Below are positions 1 through 7,281 of a stretch of 64,000 nt of DNA, one piece after another. The notes beneath the pieces were generated by a model. The model searched no databases and had not been told where the DNA came from. It saw only the letters and a list, made by a program, of their open reading frames with translations. Location of the stretch: the NCBI GenBank assembly GCA_046538485.1, contig JBKHIT010000010.1:1-64000 (forward strand), in the 5' to 3' direction. Position 1 is the stretch's first letter, and every line of letters starts with the position of its first letter. The translations under genes were made by a program, and so were the position numbers. Origin of the DNA: Candidatus Brocadiia bacterium. Its GTDB lineage: Bacteria > Planctomycetota > Brocadiia > SM23-32.

Positions 1-39
1 AAATTCGCAGAATTTGCGCCATTTTCGGCGCATATTCGC

Positions 40-558
40 TTATTTTGGGACTAGTGAAAGCAGAAGCAATAATACGTGTGGCAGGAGTAATGTCTGCCTC
101 AGCAGAATTTCGGCCAGATTCAGTCCGTAAAGGGTGCGGCGGAACGATAGTCCCACGACAAAAAGCATCATGGGGAACACGGCAGAACCGATAGCGACTT
201 TTATCGCGAGAAGCCGGCTTCCAGTAGGGAGTTCCCACTTTGGAGGCAAAAGCCGTTCAAGGATTCCAAGACAGCCGACTCCCAGAGCAAAGCCAAAGAT
301 TATCAACCAAACCAAGGACGGGTGATACAGCTGTCCGAACGGAACATGTCGGTGGAACAGAAACTTGACGAAGTGCCATCCACGTTTCAGCTTCGCTTGA
401 AACGAACTATCTTTAAAGTCGAGTTCGAGCCGCGCCCCGTGGAGTAACCAGTCCATCTGGCTTGTCCGGCGCTCTATAAACCCCTTTCCTTTGAGCAAGG
501 CGGCAGCTGTAATGCAACATACACCGATAGCCCAAGAAAACACTTGGAAAAAGAGCAC
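40..558 (-). CDS. Hypothetical membrane protein
   Basis: 172-aa ORF with several hydrophobic segments; GTG start preceded by GGAGG; same strand as the RM operon. Confidence 0.5.
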   Translation of the reverse strand: MLFFQVFSWAIGVCCITAAALLKGKGFIERRTSQMDWLLHGARLELDFKDSSFQAKLKRGWHFVKFLFHRHVPFGQLYHPSLVWLIIFGFALGVGCLGILERLLPPKWELPTGSRLLAIKVAIGSAVFPMMLFVVGLSFRRTLYGLNLAEILLRQTLLLPHVLLLLLSLVPK

Positions 559-835
559 GAATCTTTCCTCCGTCCGGTTGTTGCTGGAAATGAGACAGGT
601 GGCTGCGCTTATTCAGCTACACGTTTAATGTGAGCGCCTATATAGACTAGTCTCGCCCGGGCCCGTTGTCAAAGATGCAGGCATAGGAGTCGAACATATC
701 ATATCTTTGCTGGTACTGACTTTACAACTGTTCAGGGGGCGCTCAGCCCATGTATTACCCCTTCTTTTGTAGCAAACAACTACTCAGAATATAGCTATCA
801 TGGCCTGCATCCTATTATCTATCAACTTATTATTC

Positions 836-2260
836 CTATTCACGTTCCAAATATTCAGTGACCGTCAGTGGTTCGGGACTCTTCCAATTATTCTCTATGG
901 CTTCGAGAGTAATGGCATGTTCCGTTTCCTCGTCTATTCCAAACCTTTCGAATACCCGGTGTTCATACTCGTGCTGCAACTGATTCCTGTATACCCTGTT
1001 CGACTCCAAATTCTTTTCAATGAGGTTCAGGCTCTGATTATACAACCACTGCAATCCGATCCAGCCCTCACATAATTGCTGGTTGGCATCGTACGCTTTG
1101 ACATAAAGCATGTCGGACTCGTTGCGTTCGGTGACTTCGATCCTGGACCCAGGTGGAACCACTTTGGCCGGGGACTTATCCAGTATAATTTTTCGTTCAT
1201 TTTCGAACACGAAATCGGGGGCAATTTCTTCAATGGTCAGAGGATACTCTATGCCAGACTCCACCTCCGCCCGGTCTTCCGCACGGACCAGTTCGGCCCA
1301 AATTGTCTTGCGTTCATCTTTCGTCAACCCATGTCTTATATCCGGTTCCTGACATCGCTGCTTCTCATCGGTCACGGCATCCTGTTCCTCCGCTACGCCC
1401 AGTTCTTGCAAAACCCCCCGGATCTCGGATTCTGTATCCAGCCCTCTCAGCCAGAATACGCCCTTTGTTCGCATAATATTGAGTTTTTTGAGATTGAGGT
1501 GACAACCATTGATGGTTTTCCACCATATCAGCCACGGGAGTCTTGTTCTCCCTTCAAACTCATCTTTCGTCATCCTATAAATAGTGTCATAGGCCATGAA
1601 GATAGCCCAGAGATACAAAAAGGGAAGTACGCTAAATGATAGAACAACAGGCAGGGCGAGGCTCCGCAGTTGGGACATGTTCAGGCCACCCGGACCGGCG
1701 AAGAGGCGATGGGCTGTGAATGTAATAAGCAACAATCCAATAACGGTTGCAATCCCTGTGAACAGCCTGTGAACCGCTTGATCCCCGTGCTTTACGGATG
1801 AAAACTGCTGGAAAACGACCACGGATGTAACGAAAGGAATGAAGAAGTATTCGACTGTCAACGGAAACGTGTATAAACCGACCAAAAAAGAGAGCAAAGC
1901 AGTCAGCGCAACAATACGCTTAATTTGTATCCAGAAGAATGTGGAGGGGGAGTTAAGCGCTTCGGGTGATTTAAGAAAGAGAACTACAGCTGTCCCGAAA
2001 AACCACAAGACGGTATTTTTCAGCAGAATGGGAGTCCAGAAATCGATTTCCGCGAGTATCCCTACGACCGTGAATACGTAGAGAAGTAAAGCCACAAAGG
2101 GCAGAATGATTTTCGGGGTTGCCCCGATATGCGCAATATCCAAAAAGCGTGAGCGAATATCCTTCTTGATCAGGAGAGCTATGACAATTGGTAATCCCCA
2201 TGCTAAGCTCGCAATTTCCCGGTTGTTCAAGGCTTGCACAATTAGCCGTAAAACTTTCAT
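836..2260 (-). CDS. Hypothetical protein with N-terminal multi-pass membrane domain and soluble C-terminal domain
   Basis: 474-aa ORF; about 7 hydrophobic helices in the first 225 aa, then a charged domain; more AT-rich than hsdM. Confidence 0.75.
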   Translation of the reverse strand: MKVLRLIVQALNNREIASLAWGLPIVIALLIKKDIRSRFLDIAHIGATPKIILPFVALLLYVFTVVGILAEIDFWTPILLKNTVLWFFGTAVVLFLKSPEALNSPSTFFWIQIKRIVALTALLSFLVGLYTFPLTVEYFFIPFVTSVVVFQQFSSVKHGDQAVHRLFTGIATVIGLLLITFTAHRLFAGPGGLNMSQLRSLALPVVLSFSVLPFLYLWAIFMAYDTIYRMTKDEFEGRTRLPWLIWWKTINGCHLNLKKLNIMRTKGVFWLRGLDTESEIRGVLQELGVAEEQDAVTDEKQRCQEPDIRHGLTKDERKTIWAELVRAEDRAEVESGIEYPLTIEEIAPDFVFENERKIILDKSPAKVVPPGSRIEVTERNESDMLYVKAYDANQQLCEGWIGLQWLYNQSLNLIEKNLESNRVYRNQLQHEYEHRVFERFGIDEETEHAITLEAIENNWKSPEPLTVTEYLERE

Positions 2261-2369
2261 AACTCTCTACGATTCAGAATCACTGGGTAGAGACATAAAC
2301 CCATAACATTTCGTTCGCCGTACTGATAGCTCTGTAAGAAGTCTCTTAGGGAATTCAAATACCAGATTA

Positions 2370-3920
2370 TCATTCTGTATCCCCACTACCTCCGGGAACT
2401 TCGGATGGTCGCTTGCCTTTCGCCGGGGGATTTGCACCTTCAGGTTCCAACTCCTCCTGGATCGTGCGGAATTGGTCTAAGGCGGCGCCTAAGTTTTCTA
2501 CTATGTCGGCGGCCAGGATGTCCGGAACCGGGAGGTTTTCGGTGTCCTCCAGGCTGTCGTCTTTGAGCCAGAAGATGTCGAGGTTGGTCTTGTCGCGCTC
2601 GATCAGGTCCTCGTAGTCGTAGGAGCGGAAGCGGTCGGTCTCCTCCCTGTCGTGACGGGCTTCCGGATTGTAACACTCCAGAAAATCCTTGAGGTCGTCG
2701 AATGTCATGGGGTCGCGTTTGAGGGTGAAGTGCTGGTTGGTCCTCAGGTCGTAAATCCACAATGTCTCGGTCCAGGGGGTCTCGCTGGCGGGTTTGCGGT
2801 CGAAGAACAGCACGTTGGCCTTCACGCCCTGGGCGTAGAAGATGCCGGTGGGCAGGCGCAACAGCGTGTGGACGTCATACTGGTTGAGCAGGCGCTGGCG
2901 GACGGTCTCGCCGGCGCCGCCCTCGAACAGCACGTTATCGGGGACGACGATGGCGGCGGTGCCGCCGATGGTGAGCATGTTGGCGACGTGCTGGAGGAAG
3001 TTGAGCTGTTTGTTGGAGGTGCTGGTCCAGAAATCCTCCCGCTCATACGTGTGCGTCTGCGTCTTCGATTCCCCGGCCTCGTTGATGATGGTGAAACTGG
3101 ATTTCTTGCCGAACGGCGGATTGGTGAGCACCAGGTCATACCGCTCATCGGGGGCGCTTACCAGCGAATCCTGCACCACCACCGGGGGCTGCTCCCCGTC
3201 GCTGAGCTCGCGCGGGCCGATGCCGTGCAGATACAGGTTCATCGTGCAGAGTCGGGCGGTGTTGTCGACGATCTCCCAGCCTTTGAAGGTGTTCTCCCGC
3301 AGGTCTTTCTTCTGATCGCGGGTGAGGTTGTGGTTGTCGACGATGTGGTCTTTGGCCGCCAGGAAGAACCCGCCGGTGCCACACGCCGGGTCGGCAATGG
3401 TCCGGTCGGGCTCGGGCCGGACGGCTTTCACCATGGCGCGGATGAGCGGGCGCGGGGTGAAGTATTGCCCCGCCCCGCTTTTGGTGTCCTGCGCGTTCTT
3501 CTCCAGCAGGCCCTCGTAGATGTCGCCCTTCACGTCCACCTCCAGCGCCATCCAGGTCTCCTCGTTGATGTAGTCGATGAGGCGGCGCAGGCGGGCGGGG
3601 TTCTGGATGCGGTTCTGGGCTTTGCCGAAGATGATGCCGATCATCCCGCCCTGTTTCTGCAGACCCTGGAGGGTCCGCCGGTACTGGGTTTCCAGCGCCT
3701 CGCCTTTGAGTTTGTTGCCGTCCTCGTCTTTCAGGAGGCGTTCCCAGCGGTACCGGTCGGGAATCGCGGACGGGTTATCGAGTTCGCGTCGTTCCTGATC
3801 CATCTTGAGGAACAGGAGATAGGTGAGCTGTTCGACGTAATCTCCGTAGCTGACGCCGTCGTCGCGGAGGACGTCGCAGAAGTTCCAGAGGCGCTGGACG
3901 ATCTGGGGGGAGTTGTTCAT
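2370..3920 (-). CDS. hsdM: Type I restriction-modification methyltransferase subunit M (m6A)
   Basis: LRDDGVSYGDYVEQLTYLLFLKM N-terminus, GQYFTPR, DPACGTGGF (motif I), NPPF (motif IV). Confidence 0.97.
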   Translation of the reverse strand: MNNSPQIVQRLWNFCDVLRDDGVSYGDYVEQLTYLLFLKMDQERRELDNPSAIPDRYRWERLLKDEDGNKLKGEALETQYRRTLQGLQKQGGMIGIIFGKAQNRIQNPARLRRLIDYINEETWMALEVDVKGDIYEGLLEKNAQDTKSGAGQYFTPRPLIRAMVKAVRPEPDRTIADPACGTGGFFLAAKDHIVDNHNLTRDQKKDLRENTFKGWEIVDNTARLCTMNLYLHGIGPRELSDGEQPPVVVQDSLVSAPDERYDLVLTNPPFGKKSSFTIINEAGESKTQTHTYEREDFWTSTSNKQLNFLQHVANMLTIGGTAAIVVPDNVLFEGGAGETVRQRLLNQYDVHTLLRLPTGIFYAQGVKANVLFFDRKPASETPWTETLWIYDLRTNQHFTLKRDPMTFDDLKDFLECYNPEARHDREETDRFRSYDYEDLIERDKTNLDIFWLKDDSLEDTENLPVPDILAADIVENLGAALDQFRTIQEELEPEGANPPAKGKRPSEVPGGSGDTE

Positions 3921-3970
3921 GTCCTGTGGTCCTGGGTTCGGGTAAAGATTTCAGTAGAACGAGTCGTTGT

Positions 3971-4224
3971 AAGCCCGCAACGCGGGCGGTTCAGCCATAG
4001 CCCAGTGTGATGGAGGCCGATGCGCGGCCGAAAGAGCGCCGGGTTACGTACGTTTAGAACGACGCGTCCGCGGATCGCCTCGCCGATGGCGAGCGCCGCA
4101 TTTTGCGGCGACGAACGATGTTCGTGCGCTCCGCTTTTCACTCTATCACATCTTTTCTTCCCCGGGCTCTCCCCAACATCGGGGTCGCCCGGGACTACGT
4201 CTGAGACGCCCGCTTCGCGGGCTT
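3971..4224. mobile_element. MITE/REPIN-like palindromic element, family B, copy 1
   Basis: Imperfect terminal inverted repeats AAGCCCGCaacGCGGGCG...CGCCCGCttcGCGGGCTT; colinear with 22287-22542, e.g. shared CGGATCGCCTCGCCgnnGGCGAGCGCCGCA. Confidence 0.75.
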
Positions 4225-4239
4225 TTGAAGGCCATAATA

Positions 4240-5670
4240 TTACGCCTGATGCTTGCTTTTTTCGTGGGACACGAGCCGGCCGCTGAACGCCTGTTTCAGG
4301 ATGCTCTGGCGCAGTCGCCGGGCACGGCTCTGTTCGCGATCGACGGTGTACGATGTGTCGTCGGCGACGGACAGCAGGCGCTCGACCTCGGCGACGATTT
4401 GTTTTTGTTCGGCGAGCGGGGGCAAAGGAAGAACTGTGTTCCTCAGGTCTCCTTGGTTAATTTTATAAATTCCAGCAGACGTTCTCGCAGCACTTTCTAT
4501 TTGATCACGGACAACCCGAGAATCCCATATGATTCTCAAAAACTGTGATTGGAAAAATTGTGCATTTACACGAACTCGAATCATAGTATCGGGGAAAGCT
4601 ACTTGTTTCGGCTCTTGTGTAACTAAACCGCCCCGCCCAACCAGCGACAGGCTACCGTTGCCACGAGCTACGAAGAAATCATCTTGCTTTATTATGAATT
4701 TTTCTGCTTCCGTTTTCGTCCAATCCCCATCTTTGCACTCCGATGTATCGATTGTGCCATTGTTGATGGCTGTTAATCGCATCACGGGGAAGCCTCCGTC
4801 TTTGGAACGGACAGATTTCCCGTTTCTCAAGTCCTCAAGTAACATTTGGTCAAGCGATACCCATTGCCACGAATCAGGTAGGCTAGGCATTTCACTTTTA
4901 GGTTGAGGTTCTTCAGCCTCCGAATACCGCGACTTCCATCCACTGGGGGGCTCTTTGCCTTTTGCTTCGTACTTCGCGCGATAGTCTTCCTCCCACTGTT
5001 TCCGTCGTTCCTGCAGGATGCGCTCCACGAGCTGGTCGGCGGGTTCGGGGTCGTGGGTGCGGCGCCAGTCGGCGGTGAGGCGGCCTTCGACGGCGGCCTG
5101 CAGGACGCTCTGGCGGTAGCGGTCCAGCTGACGGCCGGTCGTCTCCAGGTCGTTGAGGCCGGCGTCGAGGTTGGAGAACAGTTCCTCGATCCTGGCGACG
5201 ATGCGGCGCTGTTCGGGGAGTGGGGGGAGGGGGATGGGAAAATTGTTGAACACATCCTTAGTGACATGTTTCATCCCACTCCCGTGAGATCGGCGCATTA
5301 GCTCATCATCGCTAAAGTGAGCAACATAGTATAAGTATTTTTTGTCTACGTGATAGTGAGGCTCCACTTTATAAATGTGCTGATTCAGTACGGCTTCTTC
5401 GCCATGCCAGATATACGCACCAAGTGTCGCCGACCACGAGATGAGAAGATCCCCCGGGTAAACAACGTATTTGTCCTCGATTTCTCCGGAGAAATAGTTA
5501 AACGAATCCCCTGTCCCCGTCAGATTTTGAATTCTGATTATTGGGCGGCCGTCCTCGTCCCATTCGGACTTACTAAATCCGTACCCATTAATGTAGTCGG
5601 CCATTTCACCGAAAGTGCTCCAGGTCCAATGATCCGGGAGCTTATCAGGCAAATCATTTCTCTTACTCAT
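4240..5670 (-). CDS. hsdS: Type I RM specificity subunit S
   Basis: Two TRDs each followed by PLPPLxEQxxIV conserved repeats; LRQSILKQAFSGRLV C-terminus; start placed at MSKRNDLPDKLPDHW (5670). Confidence 0.96.
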   Translation of the reverse strand: MSKRNDLPDKLPDHWTWSTFGEMADYINGYGFSKSEWDEDGRPIIRIQNLTGTGDSFNYFSGEIEDKYVVYPGDLLISWSATLGAYIWHGEEAVLNQHIYKVEPHYHVDKKYLYYVAHFSDDELMRRSHGSGMKHVTKDVFNNFPIPLPPLPEQRRIVARIEELFSNLDAGLNDLETTGRQLDRYRQSVLQAAVEGRLTADWRRTHDPEPADQLVERILQERRKQWEEDYRAKYEAKGKEPPSGWKSRYSEAEEPQPKSEMPSLPDSWQWVSLDQMLLEDLRNGKSVRSKDGGFPVMRLTAINNGTIDTSECKDGDWTKTEAEKFIIKQDDFFVARGNGSLSLVGRGGLVTQEPKQVAFPDTMIRVRVNAQFFQSQFLRIIWDSRVVRDQIESAARTSAGIYKINQGDLRNTVLPLPPLAEQKQIVAEVERLLSVADDTSYTVDREQSRARRLRQSILKQAFSGRLVSHEKSKHQA

Positions 5671-5780
5671 ACGTCCACAACCTCGTTCCGTTCTGTAATG
5701 ATATTTATTGGATTTTTGGTGTTGATGATATTTCCCTCTGCGTCGCCCCCTCCGGGGGCTTTCATGTTGTAGGGGCCTTC

Positions 5781-5856
5781 TAACCCCGGAGCTTGCGCGC
5801 CACACAACGGCGCGACTGCGCACCGGGCTACGTCTGCATCGGCCCTACGGGCCTTT
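5781..5856. repeat. Half copy (right end) of family B palindromic element
   Basis: TAACCCCGG...CCGGGCTACGTCTG...GGCCCTACGGGCC matches the right end of 22287-22542. Confidence 0.65.
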
Positions 5857-5988
5857 ACGGCACAAAGTATTGGGGGCAACATCGTCTGATCCAACCACAG
5901 GCTGATTCACTTCGTGCATTGGTGTTATGTCTCTCTCGAAATGTGAGACACCAGATGCATCATTCGTGCGCCTTTATGCGCATTGTTG

Positions 5989-6296
5989 TACCACGAAGGA
6001 CACGAAGAGCACGAAGAACGGCAACGACAACGGCATGATTTTATTATAAACGGCTTACCAGCAACGGGTGTCCCTTCGGGACCGAGAATAATATCGCGTG
6101 GTGTTTTTTGTCTTCGTGTCCTTCGTGTTCTTCGTGGTGATAACTGATGGTATTTCTTTTTACCACGAAGGACACGAAGAGCACGAAGAACGGCAACGAA
6201 AACGGCCTCATTCTATTATTAAGGGCCTATCAACGACGGCTGTTATGCCGCATTCCGTGTTCTTTGCGGTGATACCTATTAGTACTTTCTTCCACC
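5989..6296. repeat. Family A structured repeat array, units A (5989-6160) and B (6161-6296, shortened)
   Basis: Each unit starts TACCACGAAGGACACGAAGAGCACGAAG; unit A ends CTTCGTGTCCTTCGTGTTCTTCGTGGTGATA, and unit B has a degenerate right arm. Confidence 0.92.
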
Positions 6297-6668
6297 TCAT
6301 AGGACGAACCGTTGGATGCCATTTTTTAGCCTTTTGACGTTAAAGTTGATCAGTAATCCGGTCTTTATTTCGGCCAGCCTCATGTATGTCAGCAACTGCG
6401 CTTCGTGAATACCCTTGACCTCATCGACACTCTTGAGCTCAAGGATCAACGTCTCTTCGACCAGCATATCAATGCGGTAGCCGCAGTTCAGGCGCACATC
6501 CTTATACTGCACGGGCAACGCATGCTGGAGCTGGAACCCAATGCCGTTGAGTTTCAGTTCGTGCGCCAGGCACTGCTCGTAGGTGGACTCCAGCAGGCCG
6601 GGCCCAAGCTCCCGGTGCACCTCGATGGCAGCGCCAATGACTCGATTTGATAGGTCATCAAACTTCAT
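6297..6668 (-). CDS. GxxExxY family protein (PD-(D/E)XK nuclease-like)
   Basis: IGAAIEVHRELGPGLLESTYEQCL signature, then RIDMLVE...LELKS and QLLTY...GLLINF; GGAGG 9 nt before ATG at 6668. Confidence 0.95.
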   Translation of the reverse strand: MKFDDLSNRVIGAAIEVHRELGPGLLESTYEQCLAHELKLNGIGFQLQHALPVQYKDVRLNCGYRIDMLVEETLILELKSVDEVKGIHEAQLLTYMRLAEIKTGLLINFNVKRLKNGIQRFVL

Positions 6669-6718
6669 CCTTCGCATCCTCCACGTTGTTGGTGATGATA
6701 TCTTTTGGTACTTCTTTT

Positions 6719-7270
6719 TACCACGAAGGACACGAAGAGCACGAAGGACGGCAACGACATCATTTTATTATTAACGGCTTACCTGCAACGGCTTTTAAGC
6801 AGGATTCCATGTCCTTTCGGGACTGAGAATAACATCTGGTGCCGTTTTTTATCTTCGTGTCCTTCGTGTTCTTCGTGGTGATATCTGTTGGTACTTCTTT
6901 TTACCACGAAGGGCACGAAGAGCACGAAGGACGGCAACGACGACGGCAACAGCAACGGCATAATTTTATTATTAACGACTTTCCAGCAACGGTTGTTAAT
7001 CAGAATTACGTGTCCCTTCGGGGCTCAGAATAACATCTCGTGCCGTTTTTTATCTTCGTGTCCTTCGTGTTCTTCGTGGTGATATCTTTTGGTACTTCTT
7101 TTTACCACGAAGGGCACGAAGAGCACGAAGGACGGCAACGACGACGGCATAATTTTATTATTAACGACTTTCCAGCAACGGTTGTTAACCAAGATTTCTT
7201 GTTTCTTCGGGCCTGAGAATAACATCTCATGCTTTTTTCCCTTCGTGTCCTTCGTGTTCTTCGTGGTAAT
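6719..7270. repeat. Family A structured repeat array, units C (6719-6901), D (6902-7102) and E (7103-7270)
   Basis: Three head-to-tail copies with the same 27-bp inverted arms, an ACGGCAACG tract, TTTTATTATTAAC, a GTCCCTTCGGGAC-type hairpin and GAGAATAACATC. Confidence 0.95.
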
Positions 7271-7281
7271 ATCCGGCCGGT

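Noticed and set aside
5671..5823. N-terminal extension of HsdS in the ORF track
   Set aside because: It runs through palindromic repeat DNA; the HsdS-like sequence starts at 5670
5989..7270. CRISPR array interpretation of the CACGAAG repeats
   Set aside because: Repeats alternate in orientation, the intervening sequences are homologous to each other rather than unique, and no cas genes are present
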